DNA of 62,999 nucleotides from Albugo candida (lineage: Eukaryota), in assembly GCA_040437565.1 (NCBI GenBank), contig JBDOQK010000065.1:124001-186999 (forward strand), written 5' to 3'. The notes beneath the pieces are model-generated. The model was not told the origin of the DNA. It was given only the letters and a program-made list of their open reading frames with translations, and ran no database searches. Below, one piece after another: positions 34,878 to 48,223 of the stretch. Every line of letters starts with the position of its first letter. The first letter of the stretch is position 1. Position numbers and translations under genes: made by a program.

Positions 34878-36851
34878 TTAATTTTTTGTTGACTGAATCA
34901 GTGCGTTGGCAACAACAGTAACAGCCATCATAGTGGTGATTCTAGGGAAGAACGTGCTCGATTTCAGAGCTTTTTGAAAGGGGCATTTTTCCTCTCCGAA
35001 ATGCTTGAGCATAAGCTCTCCTGTTCCTTCCAATTCGAATCCCAGACGTCGATAAAAATTACGAACTCCCACGCCCGCAATGACAGCGACTTTTGTGTAT
35101 CCATGCATTCGGGCAATTTCTTCTGCTTTACGCATGAGTTTAGTCCCAAAACCAGTGTGTTGCGCCGCACTCATACTGCCAATCAACTCATTTGCATCGG
35201 CCTCGTCTTCCTTCTTGGGAACGGACACCAGTTGACCATACACGTGCAATTCTCGTATCAGAGCTGCGTTCTCGAGCTCAGGAAAGACATCTCCACCGGC
35301 AGTTGGTGAGATACGAAGACGGACAAACCCACATATTTTGCGCCGATCAGGAGATTCAAAACTGATGAAGAATTCTTTCCCTTCATTAGCCTCATATTCT
35401 CGAACCACCAGCTCGGCAGAGGCAATAGCGTCATCGTCGGCCTTTACTTCTCGACATCGAATACAAGGACAAAAGGTACCTCGCTGCTCCATTTTCTTTG
35501 TCAAAACTTGCCGAAGATTTGGTTCGTCCATTCCACCAAGAATGTACTGACTTGGAATGTCACGAATGACTCGATTCAAGCGAATCCACGGATGTACTTG
35601 CGCCTTGACTTCCATCAGCAATTCGATCAACTCGTCATCGGAATATGGTATGTAGCTGCCAGAATCATGCCATTTTTTGATTACAGTCCAAGGCGTGATC
35701 TCACAAGGATAGATTTTCCATTGATCTGCTTGTAATTGCGTGGAATTCAAGACGAAAGAAAACATTTGACGATCCATTTCGGGGGTACTACCCGGTAGAT
35801 TGGGCATCAGATGTATGTCTGTTTTATAACAGCAGTCGCGCAGCAGTTTCATTGCTCTTATGGCATCTTCAGTTGTACACCCTCGATTGATTTTTGTGAG
35901 AATCCCATCGTCTGTATGTTGTACCCCCAGTTGGACACGGGTACATCCATAACGCCGAAAACGTCGAAGTTCTTCAGGCGTGATGCAATCCGGACGAGTT
36001 TCCAATGTGATGCCAATTATTTTGACAGCAGCGGTCTCATTTTCCAGCTTTTCTTGATCCAGTGTCCCTTTTAAACGTTTTTCTCGATGATAAAATGTAT
36101 TTGCAGCGTAAAACAAATCTCTTATAAACATTTCCTGATACTCGTGTGGATACGAGGACCAAGTTCCCCCCAAGACAAGCAGCTCAATCTTGTCCACTGG
36201 ATGACCGTTCATCGCCAAAGTAATCGCACGGTCACAGAACTGTAGCACGGGATCAAAGTCATTGCGATTGGCACGAAGCACACTGGGCTCATCGTGAAGA
36301 TAACTGCGAGGCTGGCCAGGTTCATTGGGACAATAATAACAGTTCCATTGACAGCTGAAGCGTTGCTTTGTTTCGTTGACTGTTGGATAAGGACTTGTAA
36401 GAACAGTTATTACGAGCACACCTGACTGACTTTTTTGAGCTTTTTTCACGAGAAGCTTCTCCATTTTCATCCCACCATCAAGTTTTTTCTGCTGGACCAG
36501 GAGATTGTACACAAAACGCATTTGTGACTTTTTTGGTATGCATTTAAACTCACGTCGCAGCTTCACAGAAGCTTTTTCCAGCTGTTCGGGGGTTTGTGGG
36601 TCTAACTTTGCGAGAAAATGAACCATCTCTTCATATTTGGAGATCTCGTCTGCAGGAATCAGTGTGTCCCATGATTTATAGATATCTTCAATCGAGTTAT
36701 TCTTCCAGTCTTTATCTTGACTTCTCTTGTAGGTTTCTGGATCATTCAAATTTCCGACTCTTGTACGTGTCGCTTTCACTTTTGTGCTTTTCACTGTGAC
36801 AGTATTTGTAGTCGTTCTCACAATTCGGGTCGTCTTACGTTCCGCAGCCAT
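34878..36851 (-). CDS. ELP3: Elp3-family radical SAM / GNAT acetyltransferase with hydrophobic C-terminal tail
   Basis: CQWNCYYCP (CxxxCxxC), ITLETRPD, RVQLGVQH, LIRELHVYG, QHTGFG, GVGVRNFYRRLGF. Confidence 0.9.
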   Translation of the reverse strand: MAAERKTTRIVRTTTNTVTVKSTKVKATRTRVGNLNDPETYKRSQDKDWKNNSIEDIYKSWDTLIPADEISKYEEMVHFLAKLDPQTPEQLEKASVKLRREFKCIPKKSQMRFVYNLLVQQKKLDGGMKMEKLLVKKAQKSQSGVLVITVLTSPYPTVNETKQRFSCQWNCYYCPNEPGQPRSYLHDEPSVLRANRNDFDPVLQFCDRAITLAMNGHPVDKIELLVLGGTWSSYPHEYQEMFIRDLFYAANTFYHREKRLKGTLDQEKLENETAAVKIIGITLETRPDCITPEELRRFRRYGCTRVQLGVQHTDDGILTKINRGCTTEDAIRAMKLLRDCCYKTDIHLMPNLPGSTPEMDRQMFSFVLNSTQLQADQWKIYPCEITPWTVIKKWHDSGSYIPYSDDELIELLMEVKAQVHPWIRLNRVIRDIPSQYILGGMDEPNLRQVLTKKMEQRGTFCPCIRCREVKADDDAIASAELVVREYEANEGKEFFISFESPDRRKICGFVRLRISPTAGGDVFPELENAALIRELHVYGQLVSVPKKEDEADANELIGSMSAAQHTGFGTKLMRKAEEIARMHGYTKVAVIAGVGVRNFYRRLGFELEGTGELMLKHFGEEKCPFQKALKSSTFFPRITTMMAVTVVANALIQSTKN

Positions 36852-37458
36852 TCCTTTTCTGAGGGTCTTCTATTTGGAGTTAGCGCTTGAACTCGAAGCT
36901 TTCATAAACGCTGCGGAATCACGCGCGCTCGTGCGACTCATGATTAGAATAAAGTCGCTATGTGCACGCGTTGACGAACATACCATGTGGCGTTATGTCG
37001 CGAATAGATGGTCGCAATGCACTGTGGGCAATTCGAATCGCCTGACGATACGCTCGATAATAATAAAGCACGGAAAATGGTTCACGAGGGACTGAAAAAT
37101 AGAATCGACATTCGATTTATCCGATAGTATCTATGCCCTATGATTTCCACATCTTTGACTCATTGCGCATTTTCGAGTCGATTGCATTTTTTCGGTAGAT
37201 TGCATGTGTTTCTTTCGATAGTACGTGTGCTTCTTTAGGGTCGTCTTCGTCACATTGCAACCATTCAATCTTAATGAGGTGTTCGCGTATCCCTTGTCGC
37301 CACATCCAATTTGATATCTATTCAATAAAGTTATCTTGTTCAGCTGTCTCTAGTATCGACATCTGCAGGCTCCTACAACCTTTGTGATCGCTGGGTCAAT
37401 GCAAGTTTTGCTTACGGATGAGCAAAATTGTTTTTTTAGATTTTTGATGAATCTCTAG

Positions 37459-39183
37459 TTATCTATTCGATGATGATTGCCGGCTTTTTATGAAAGTGTC
37501 CAATTGCTTCGTTGCTGCTAAAATGAGACCGTAGAATGGAGGGGATGGATCGTTCGGGTATGATTGAAACTCCGGGTGATATTGAGTTGCAAAGTAGAAA
37601 GGATGAACGTCAGTTGCCAATTCGAGTATCTGCATTCGTTCTCCTTTGACATCTCTGCCCACAAAGCGGAGTCCTGCTTTTTGTAAGTCTTCAACAAATG
37701 CCGGATTTACTTCATATCGATGGCGATGACGCTCGAAAATTCGATCATGATCCGGGTACAGAAAGGAAGCGAGGGACTGTTGCGAATTTGAAGCTTCCAA
37801 ATGCAAGATTGTTTGTCTGGATCCGCATCGCATCGTGCCTCCCATCTCATTCGGATCAATTTCTGGCATAAATATAATGACATTGTGCAGAGTCTTGGGG
37901 GTAAATTCTTCACTATCGGCATCTTCCCATCCGAGTACGTTGCGAGCATACTCTATCACAGCTACTTGCATCCCCAAACAAATTCCGAGATAAGGCTTCT
38001 TCTCTTCTCGAGCATATTTAGCCGCCAAGACTTTACCATCCACTCCACGATCTCCAAATCCTCCGGGACAAAGAATTCCGTCGGCTTGTTTGATGCTCTC
38101 CCAGCTTTCTTTGTATTTTTCGTAGTTTGAAGACTTCATCTCTGGCTCCAAGTCACTTGCTTCAATCCACACAATTTTCAGATCGTAATCACATTTCATT
38201 GTTGCGTGCTTAAGCGCTTTGATGACACTAAGGTATGAGTCTTGCAGCCCGGTGTATTTCCCAACCAGTGCTATCGTACATGTTCGTGCGAACGAGTCGA
38301 CACGATGCGCCATTTCAGCCCATGTTGTCAAATCGGGTTCCCGGAATCTTTCCATTAACTGTAGCCTTGACAGTAGAATACTTGCGGCTCCTTGCTTTGC
38401 CAACAGTAATGGAACGTGATATATATTACTGACGTCATGCACGGATAGAACATGATTTTTGGGAACCTGACAAAACATTCCAATTTTGGCTTTCGTTGCC
38501 TCTTCCAATTGTTTTTCACTCCGACAAATGATGACATCAGGAGATAATCCAACACTTCGCAACTCTTTTATTGCATGTTGAGTGGGCTTTGTTTTTTGTT
38601 CTCCAACGGATCCCAACACTGGAACAAGAGAGACATGTACAAGGCAGAAGTTGTCAACGCCAACTCGAAATTGGAATTGTCTCAATGCTTCCAGAAAAAT
38701 CATACTCTCGATATCCCCAACAGTGCCACCAACCTCAATCAGACAAACATCTGCGATTTCCTTATTGCTGCCATCCGGTCCCTCGACACTGATCTGAGCC
38801 ACTTCTTCTATCCAGTCTTGTATCGCGTCCGAGATATGTGGGACGACTTGCACTGTCTTGCCCAAGTAATCTCCCCGACGTTCTTTTGAGATGACTTTTT
38901 GATATACTTTTCCAGTTGTAATGTTATGATCGCGGGTTAATGTGATCTTGAGGAACCTTTCGTAATTGCCTAGGTCTAGATCACTCTCACCTCCATCGTG
39001 TAGCACAAAAACTTCGCCATGTTCGAATGGTGACATAGTTCCAGCATCACAATTCAAGTAAGGGTCAATTTTGATCGATGTGACACGCAGACCGAGGGAC
39101 TTTAAGACGACACCGATACTACTGATTGTTATTCCTTTGCCAAGACCACTTACTGTGCCGCCAGTAACAGCCAGATACTTCAT
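37459..39183 (-). CDS. CTPS: CTP synthase
   Basis: [60 protein letters not shown] 39183. Confidence 0.97.
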   Translation of the reverse strand: MKYLAVTGGTVSGLGKGITISSIGVVLKSLGLRVTSIKIDPYLNCDAGTMSPFEHGEVFVLHDGGESDLDLGNYERFLKITLTRDHNITTGKVYQKVISKERRGDYLGKTVQVVPHISDAIQDWIEEVAQISVEGPDGSNKEIADVCLIEVGGTVGDIESMIFLEALRQFQFRVGVDNFCLVHVSLVPVLGSVGEQKTKPTQHAIKELRSVGLSPDVIICRSEKQLEEATKAKIGMFCQVPKNHVLSVHDVSNIYHVPLLLAKQGAASILLSRLQLMERFREPDLTTWAEMAHRVDSFARTCTIALVGKYTGLQDSYLSVIKALKHATMKCDYDLKIVWIEASDLEPEMKSSNYEKYKESWESIKQADGILCPGGFGDRGVDGKVLAAKYAREEKKPYLGICLGMQVAVIEYARNVLGWEDADSEEFTPKTLHNVIIFMPEIDPNEMGGTMRCGSRQTILHLEASNSQQSLASFLYPDHDRIFERHRHRYEVNPAFVEDLQKAGLRFVGRDVKGERMQILELATDVHPFYFATQYHPEFQSYPNDPSPPFYGLILAATKQLDTFIKSRQSSSNR

Positions 39184-39332
39184 TTCGCTTTCAGTATTTG
39201 TGTCAGCGGATATAATTCGCGGTAATGATTGGNNNNNNNNNNNNNNNNNNNNNNNNNNNNNNNNNNNNNNNNNNNNNNNNNNNNNNNNNNNNNNNNNNNN
39301 NNNNNNNNNNNNNNNNNNNNNNNNNNNNNNNN

Positions 39333-39812
39333 GCGATTTCCTTATTGCTGCCATCCGGTCCCTCGACACTGATCTGAGCCACTTCTTCTATCCAGTCTTG
39401 TATCGCGTCCGAGATATGTGGGACGACTTGCACTGTCTTGCCCAAGTAATCTCCCCGACGTTCTTTTGAGATGACTTTTTGATATACTTTTCCAGTTGTA
39501 ATGTTATGATCGCGGGTTAATGTGATCTTGAGGAACCTTTCGTAATTGCCTAGGTCTAGATCACTCTCACCTCCATCGTGTAGCACAAAAACTTCGCCAT
39601 GTTCGAATGGTGACATAGTTCCAGCATCACAATTCAAGTAAGGGTCAATTTTGATCGATGTGACACGCAGACCGAGGGACTTTAAGACGACACCGATACT
39701 ACTGATTGTTATTCCTTTGCCAAGACCACTTACTGTGCCGCCAGTAACAGCCAGATACTTCATTTCGCTTTCAGTATTTGTGTCAGCGGATATAATTCGC
39801 GGTAATGATTGG
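39333..39812. repeat. Gap-flanking duplicate of CTP synthase 5' region (38753-39232)
   Basis: Apparently identical sequence, offset 580, across gap 39233-39332. Confidence 0.9.
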
Positions 39813-42060
39813 TTATGGGCGAATTCCAATCTGTCCGATAGGTTGAGTACGCATTTACACAAGCATAGCCAATCAAACTGTAGACTCAGACACTTGTGAC
39901 TGGCCTGTTTCATCTGATTCATCCAATTAGATGAGAAGCGGTGAATGGAACAACCGCTCGGATTCTCAATTTTGTCACTATGAGCGCAAACTAGATCTTT
40001 CGCGTTTATGTTTCTATGCTGATGATTGGATATCCTGATCAGCGCTCAACTTCTCAAGCACTATGAACCTTTTGTTGTGATTATGCTCACTTGGCTGAGC
40101 TTTAGTCAATGAGATATCTATAAAGAGGGCGTCGACAGGGTACAACCGTTTGTTTGATGAGTATGCGCTCAGTCTTAGTCGCAAAATGGAATCAGGGACG
40201 ACAGAAATCAGCAAGTATCAAATACCAGTCGATCAGTGTGTAAGACTGAGGTGATTTGGCTTAGAATCCATACTCAAATTGTGCTGGTAAAGTATACAGA
40301 TACTCATGCAAGCCNNNNNNNNNNNNNNNNNNNNNNNNNNNNNNNNNNNNNNNNNNNNNNNNNNNNNNNNNNNNNNNNNNNNNNNNNNNNNNNNNNNNNN
40401 NNNNNNNNNNNNNNCATCCAATTAGATGAGAAGCGGTGAATGGAACAACCGCTCATGCAGAACAAAATTCTCAATTTTGTCACTATGAGCGCAAACTAGA
40501 TCTTTCGCGTTTATGTTTCTATGCTGGTGATTGGATATCCTGATCACCGCTCAACTTCTCAAGCACTATGAACCTTTTGTTGTGATTTTGCTTACTTGGC
40601 TGAGCTTTAGTCAATGAGATATCTATAAAGAGGGCGTCGACAGGGTACAACCGTTTGTTTGATGAGTATGCGCTCAATCTTAGTCGCATAATGGAACAGG
40701 GACGACAGAAATCAGCAAGTATCAAATACCAGTCGATCAGTGTGTAAGACTAAGGTGATTTGGCTTAGAATCCATACTCAAATTGTGCTGGTAAAGTATA
40801 CAGATACTCATGCAAGCCAGGAGTTATGTTGCGGACATGTTAGCTGCGCTGTTAAGTGCTAAGCAACGTCATCTTGAGTCGCCGTAGCGTCAATAACAAT
40901 ACCGATGCGTCGAGTACGTAAGCACAGCTTCAAAGTATGTGTCGCAGTCGTGAATCAAAACCAATCTATACGAATATAGCCGTAGCCGATAAGGTTTGAT
41001 TTCTGGCCCAGAAGCCCGTCATCGATCGGTCTCGACTACCTCGTTTTTCATTGGCTTAGACGAACGTTTGTCGTCCACTAAATTGTTTAGTGCAAAGCTG
41101 GTCGCATCGCTTCAAAGAAACGTAGGACAACGCCGAGAGTAACTTTTTTGATTCCGAAAAAGAGCTTCAAACAGGGTATAATCTTAACCTAGTCTTGTCA
41201 ATGGGAACAAATCCATTTGCGATACGCCAGTACGATGCTTACCAGAGGATTATTGGTGAAGGGGCCTTTACCATTGTACACGTAATATATTTAGCATTGA
41301 AGCAGATTTTATACTATAAAGGAAAGAAAGCTTATGAGGTTGACTCACCTGCTCTCGTGACTCACTCTACATCGTACTGAATGCTTGCAGACACTTTCAC
41401 ACTCATTTTTAACGACAGAGTGTTCTTCTTGTACGTTGTACTAAAGCGTAAACATTCTTCTGGCGTAATTATAGCTTGCGAAAAAAAGCATCGTTTATAT
41501 AAGAATTGATAAATTACGCGTATAGGTGCCATGGAGTCATTGTGCTTCTCCAACTGAATAACAGTATCGAATACCTGAGTAACGGACCTTCCAGATTTTT
41601 CAAAGGTGCTATTGCCGAAGTCAACACCAAATTCAAGTCTCAGTAGTGCTCAATTCAACGACACATTACGACTCAGCGTTCCTATACGACTTGTCGCATA
41701 CAGTCGAAATCAGTAATACTTCACCGCACTAATCGATTCTTCTTAACATGGAACATTCGAGCGCCTTGTCATTACATTCATGGCTGAAAACTGAGCGTGT
41801 TCTTTGCACATGCTGTGAGCANNNNNNNNNNNNNNNNNNNNNNNNNNNNNNNNNNNNNNNNNNNNNNNNNNNNNNNNNNNNNNNNNNNNNNNNNNNNNNN
41901 NNNNNNNNNNNNNNNNNNNNNAAAGGTGCTATTGCCGAAGTCAACACCAAATTCAAGTCTCAGTAGTGCTCAATTCAACGACACATTACGACTCAGCGTT
42001 CCTATACGACTTGTCGCATAAATCAGTAATACTTCACCGCACTAATCGATTCTTCTTAAC

Positions 42061-43208
42061 ATGGAACTTTCGAGCGCCTTGTCATTACATTCATGGCTGA
42101 AAACTGAGCGTGTTCTTTGCACATGCTGTGAGCAAGATTTCACCCAGAAGATAGATCAAACTCCATGGCAAGTCGCAAGCGATGGAAGCGATCTTTGTGC
42201 CGCCGCAAACTGTTTACAGTTGGCAATTCGCCGTCATTTGTGCTTTGACCATGTNNNNNNNNNNNNNNNNNNNNNNNNNNNNNNNNNNNNNNNNNNNNNN
42301 NNNNNNNNNNNNNNNNNNNNNNNNNNNNNNNNNNNNNNNNNNNNNNNNNNNNNNGCTGTGAGCAAGAATTCACCCAGAAGATAGAACAAACTCCATGGCA
42401 AGTCGCAAGCGATGGAAACGATCTTTGTGCCGCCGCAAACTGTTTACAGTTGGCAATTCGCCGTCATTTGTGCTTTGACCATGTTTTACATCACGAAATG
42501 TGGGAACAACAACAACCAGAATGTGACGAAGAAATCTTTCTGCTTTCAGATCATATAGTAGAGCCTCTTGAGCTAAAAAAATGCGTAAATTGTAATCGGA
42601 ACCCCCTGGATATTTACAAAAGCGGCGACCGTGTTGTATACTTGGTGATATCTCGCGATATTCAAGTGCCAAACCTTCATTGCTCTCAAACGAGTGATGA
42701 TGATGCTCAAACTGAAAAGTCGATCTCCAGCATAACCTCGCCATCGGTTCGCTCTCCACATCTTAAGTCAAAGAAGCGGGTCCGTAAAAGCCCATTTTTT
42801 CACGAGTCAAAATACCGGCAACAGAGACGAAAATTGAGGACCCATACGGGTGTTGAAGAAGATTTGAAGTCGTGTATGAGAAACAAAAAATCACATATGT
42901 ACTTGTGGAGAGGTTGCGACCAGCACGCCAATTCTGATGATGAATTAGAGACCATTCCTTCGCGTCATGCGACCAGGACCATGGCAGCTCAGTTTCAACA
43001 TACACACACATCAATCGACACTCAAGTTGGGTGTCGAATTGAACCCGACAAATTCGAATATTTAGAGCCTACGAGCATTCTTTGTGCTGCAGCAGGCTGT
43101 GATCGATTTGCAAAGACAGGAAATCGATGTCGTTTTCACACAAAACAGCCATTGGAAACCTTTCTCCGTTACACAACAGCATTATCACAGATTTCTGCTC
43201 AGTGTTGA
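42061..43208 (+). CDS. Hypothetical protein with C-terminal C-x4-C-x9-C-x2-H zinc-finger-like motif
   Basis: ATG 42061 (alternative copy at 41748); continues after gap 42255-42354; CAAAGCDRFAKTGNRCRFH resembles the WRKY19-like fingers common in oomycetes; basic KSKKRVRK patch. Confidence 0.6.
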
Positions 43209-43550
43209 ACAAGCCACAGTTTTTTCGTAGCAAAATTATGAGTCTGAATAGTAAACAGATTTATGCATTTTTTTATTATTCGTTGTTCACGTACGATGCT
43301 ACTAGCTACTCGACAAAGTGACATCCCCGTTCCAGAAATGCCTCTTTCCGTTTTCAAAAATCTGTCTTTCCAAGCAATTCTGTAGTATTATAGAGTATCA
43401 GAACGCTACGAGGGGCCTCTTGCATTTTGAGCTGCTAATAAGAGCACTACAGTACTCCATCCTAACGGTTTGCACACCAGCCACCAATTGCTTGAGACCA
43501 CAAACGCATTGGTAAAGAAAAAAGCGAGTATCTAAAACCAAGAACTAAAC

Positions 43551-44918
43551 ATGGCTGAAGAACAAAGACCAACAACGTACGTACTCACTTCTGCGTGTTT
43601 TTCAACGTACACATATATGTAAATGAATACAAACCATTTTATAGTGAGCAACCACCGGCTGGACGCCAACAGGAAGAACATGACGACGCGCTACCCATTC
43701 CAGACAAGGACATTGAGTCAAACTGGGACGAAATTATTGACACCTTTGATGCGATGGAACTTCGAGAGGATTTACTTCGAGGCATTTACGCGTATGGTTT
43801 CGAGAAACCTTCCGCGATCCAACAAAGGGCCGTGAAGCCAATTCTTATGGGTCATGACTGCATCGCGCAAGCGCAATCGGGTACTTCATATCTTTGATGA
43901 TATACCAATTGAATCTAACAAGCGGTACTGAGCAGGAACGGGAAAGACTGCTACATTCACTGTTTCAATCTTGCAAAAAATCAACACGAATCTGAAAGAA
44001 ACTCAAGCCCTCATATTGGCTCCGACACGTGAGTTGGCTCAACAAATTGTTAAGGTTATTGTGGCAATCGGTGATTACATGAGCGTGAATGTGCATGCTT
44101 GCGTGGGAGGAACAGCAGTAAGGGATGACATCCATACGTTACAGCAAGGTGTTCATATCGTAGTCGGTACTCCAGGTCGTGTCGGAGACATGATCAATCA
44201 AGGTGCCTTACGTACGGAGGCCGTCAAAATGTTTGTATTAGATGAAGCTGATGAAATGCTTTCTCGCGGTTTTCAGGATCAAATTTATGACGTCTTTCGA
44301 TTTCTTCCTGAAAGCGTTCAAGTGGCGCTCTTTTCAGCAACGATGCCGCAAGAGGTGTTGGAAGTCACCCACAAGTTTATGCGTGATCCTATCCGTATTA
44401 TGGTCAAACGCGACGAATTGACTTTAGAAGGTATCAAGCAATTTTTTGTAGCCATAGAGCGAGAAGAATGGAAGTTTGACACATTGTGCGACTTGTACGA
44501 AACGCTGACAATCACACAAGCGATTATTTACTGCAACACACGTCGAAAAGTAGATTGGTTGACTGAAAAAATGCAATCTAAGGATTTTACTGTGTCTGCT
44601 ATGCACGGAGATATGGATCAGCGCCAGCGAGATATCATCATGCGCGAATTCCGTTCGGGATCAAGCCGTGTGTTGATTACCACTGATTTGTTGGCGCGAG
44701 GAATTGATGTTCAGCAAGTCTCACTAGTCATCAACTACGATTTGCCCACAAATCGCGAGAATTATATTCATCGGATTGGACGTTCTGGTCGATTTGGTCG
44801 TAAAGGTGTGGCCATCAACTTTTTGACGGAAAGTGACGTGCGATATTTGAAGGATATTGAAAAGTTTTACAACACACAAATTGAAGAAATGCCGATGAAC
44901 GTTGCCGATCTTATTTAA
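43551..44918 (+). CDS. eIF4A: Eukaryotic initiation factor 4A (DEAD-box helicase)
   Basis: [46 protein letters not shown]; introns 43577-43644 and 43881-43935. Confidence 0.97.
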
Positions 44919-46105
44919 CGTCAATAGTGGATCGATGCATATCACCAGCTGAACGCGTTTATTTTTCGATATCTTGTTTAACAGTGAATCGGAGAAGTTG
45001 AAAATTTTTCGCGTTTCTTAAGTAGCGGTGTGGGTGTCTGATCAACTAGACCACGACCTGTAACCAAATAAGTTTTCTCTATCACCCGATATAAACGACC
45101 GATGACCTCAAAATTTTATGAAATATTGATTGCTCACTAGGTGCTATACGGTAACGACCACGCTACACACGACAGCCAAGTTTACGTATCCAACCCTAAT
45201 ACGACAAAGACGTGTACAGGTAATAAATGTACCGTAGAGCTGTAAAATCATTCAAACTGTCCTTCGAATAGCTCACCGACTCGTAGGTCTCATATGCAAA
45301 CAAATATTCCTACTTTTCACAACCGTTTCTACATCCAGCAAGATGAAACTCGCGAGACTCTCGGAATCTTGGCATAGATGACGACGATCTCGACATAATC
45401 AAGATCTCGTACAAACAAGCGAAATAAATAGCAACAGCTTGGGATGCCGTGATCGTGCAATCCCGTTCCTTGATGCATCTTTTCGATCGACACCCACAGC
45501 CATTGCATAAGTCCGATAAATAGGCTAGAGATTGTAGTAGTAGTATAGACGTGCGTCCACGTGCTGAACTTCCTAACATAAGCCAAAACCTGAGCGTGCT
45601 ATAACCAAGTCAATGTAGGTCGTGTCGCTTCTGGTCATTTTGATTTTGATATTTCGGGCGGCTAGGGATTGTGTCTCTGCTTCAACTTGGCAATCTCACC
45701 CAATCGGATTGCAATTACATTAATATCAACTTTCCATATCAAAAATACTATTGAAAGCTACATGTTACAAACTGATCAACGTGCATATTTCAGTCAACAC
45801 CTTTCTCACGTACCGAGAACACTCAAGCGTACTTAAGACTCACTGTGATTATAAACTTTCATCTGGATCCAGGTCACAGCATAACAATATGCTAGACGAC
45901 TTGATTAAATTATTCCGAAACAGTCCACGATGGACTAACTCTTCGTTCGCAAAACGATTGGGCTTTCAACTCGACCATACTTTTGATGAGACAACCAGAG
46001 AACCTAGTGCATCAGGTAATGTTATGATAAGAATAGACACACGGTTTTGCAACGGACACGATTCAAGCGTCTTCGTGTTGCATGTGTTGTTGTTCCACTC
46101 GGTGA

Positions 46106-47320
46106 ATGTCATCGTCTGATTTCTCCACATGGACAGAAAAATCGAGCTGGGTCAACTTGAGGACATCAGGGTACCGGCCAGCAGTTCGCAGTGGTCATTC
46201 CTCACTCGTGGTCGGGTCGACAATGTATATTTTTGGAGGGTACAATGAAGGAAATTGTCATAATGACATTTATGAATTCGATTTGCTTCGTCATCACTGG
46301 GAACAAATCGATACAATCAGTGGTATCACACCTGGTAGGTGCATGCGTACGGAATGTGTAGATAACTTAACGCGTTTTGTAGACGGACGAGCTTCTCATG
46401 CATGGTGCGCTTCTTCTGATGGAAGGAAGCTGTATTTGTTTGGCGGATCCGGGCCGCATTGGGGTCAAACGAATATGGGAAAGCTTTTGCAGTTTGACAT
46501 CAAACAAAGGAATTGGTCGATTGCTGAAACACATGGTTCGAATCCGCCACCAGGATATGGACAAAGTTTATGTGCAATCAATTCTAAGCTATACCTGTTT
46601 GGAGGAACGTCTGGTCACGTTTATGTCAACGACCTGTATATTTTTGACGAAATTGGCAAATTATGGAAGAAAGAAGAAACGAGCGGACAGCGTCCAAGTC
46701 CACGATATAAGCATCAAACTATAGCGGTAGGGAACCGAATGTATCTGATAGGTGGAGGACTGTATGACCCCCCTAAAGGACCTATTGATGTATATTACTT
46801 GGACGTGGACTCTCTAATCTGGTACAGGGTAAGAAGCACAGGATTTGTACCACGATCACGAATAGCACATACCATTTGCAAAATAGAACGACCGTTAAAC
46901 ACTCGCATTTTGATGTTTGGTGGTCGTGATGACTCTGGATCACGGTCTAATGAGTTATCCGAGTTTGACATGGAGACAGGGAACTGGCGGCTCATCCTGC
47001 AACAAGCGGGACAACCTGATCCGTGTGATTTTCATACAGCCATCATGTACGAAGACCAAATGTTTGTCTTTGGAGGCTCTAATGGTCTTGAACGAAATAA
47101 TGACGTTTATCGCTACACCGCCATCCATCAACCATCGACCCTGACCGCGCTATCAATGGTCACGTTGCGCCACGGGCCAAAGCCAATCTCTCAGAGTCAA
47201 CTAAAAATATTACCGAAGGAGCTCCAGCTCGGTGTTAAATACATCAATCAGGACGTGCGGGTCACTGAGAATATCATTTGGTATGAGAGAAAAAGTCAGC
47301 GCGCAGCATGCTTTATGTAA
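46106..47320 (+). CDS. Kelch-repeat protein, KLHDC10-like
   Basis: Six kelch blades (IFGG, LFGG...); GYGQ..LFGGTSG and RYKH blocks; C-terminal PSTLTALS BC-box-like; probable in-frame intron near 46334-46382. Confidence 0.8.
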   Translation: MSSSDFSTWTEKSSWVNLRTSGYRPAVRSGHSSLVVGSTMYIFGGYNEGNCHNDIYEFDLLRHHWEQIDTISGITPGRCMRTECVDNLTRFVDGRASHAWCASSDGRKLYLFGGSGPHWGQTNMGKLLQFDIKQRNWSIAETHGSNPPPGYGQSLCAINSKLYLFGGTSGHVYVNDLYIFDEIGKLWKKEETSGQRPSPRYKHQTIAVGNRMYLIGGGLYDPPKGPIDVYYLDVDSLIWYRVRSTGFVPRSRIAHTICKIERPLNTRILMFGGRDDSGSRSNELSEFDMETGNWRLILQQAGQPDPCDFHTAIMYEDQMFVFGGSNGLERNNDVYRYTAIHQPSTLTALSMVTLRHGPKPISQSQLKILPKELQLGVKYINQDVRVTENIIWYERKSQRAACFM

Positions 47321-47371
47321 ACGCATATCGACAGTAGAATCACATGTTTAGATCTATCCTATTTATTTGTA

Positions 47372-48223
47372 ATGTATGACATTATCTCTGACAAATACCT
47401 TGTATATCGTATGCGATGTCAAAGTACTCGTACTCTCGTTTTCTCGATGATTGTGAAGCTCTCATCAAATTGTCAAAGCACCAAAATAATAAAGGCGGTG
47501 AGTGTTTCGGTCAGTGGCAGCGAAGAGAAGGATTACAAAAGGTTTCGTTCGATCAATTCAGGAATAGTGCTCACGAGCTTATGATCGTATGATACTATAG
47601 CACTTACCCGGAAATTGTTTTCTCGTGTCGAGTGACAATGTGAGGCTCTTGGATCATTACGTTGAAGCAAGTCCAGCGGAAAATGCGGCAGGAACACCCG
47701 ATGAAGAATTTGTACGTTTTCCGATCGAGAAAGTGATGCTCAGGCCAGCTCTGACTTTGTCAATCTTGCCAACTAGAACGTTGTAGATGAAGCAGCATTA
47801 AGCTTCTCACCGCCAGAGAAATATGCTTTTCATTTTCGATTTCATATTGTCTTTCACGCTTTATATCAATCACCCGTTTTGTATTTTAGTGTGTCTCGAG
47901 AAAATGGTCAAGAAATAACAACAAAAGAACTTCTCCAGACCATTTCTATGAGATGCAAAGCTATCAAACAGTTTGTATCAATCGGAGAACATCCAATTCT
48001 ACACTCGCTTTATTATTTTGTTCATCCTTGTGAGACGTTGGAAACGATGAGATTGTTACTTGACTCAGACGCTCAATCGCCCAACTATCTGCTAAGTTGG
48101 CTAACAATCATGCAGCCTATAACTGGATTTAATGCAACAAAATGGTATGCTGAAGAACCCAGATTGAGAAGCAGCGTGAAAGAGACCGAGAATTCAGTGA
48201 GCTATCAACAAAAGATAGAATAA
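47372..48223 (+). CDS. ATG10: ATG10-like autophagy E2 enzyme (5' exons uncertain)
   Basis: FHIVFHALYQSPVLYF and EHPIL...YFVHPCET (catalytic HPC), NYLLSWL; start codon not determined. Confidence 0.75.

Noticed and set aside
39203-39922. Second CTP synthase
   Set aside because: Apparently exact duplicate across the gap.
45250-45640. Possible small minus-strand membrane protein (faint PIG-H resemblance)
   Set aside because: Could not build a consistent spliced frame; similarity too weak.
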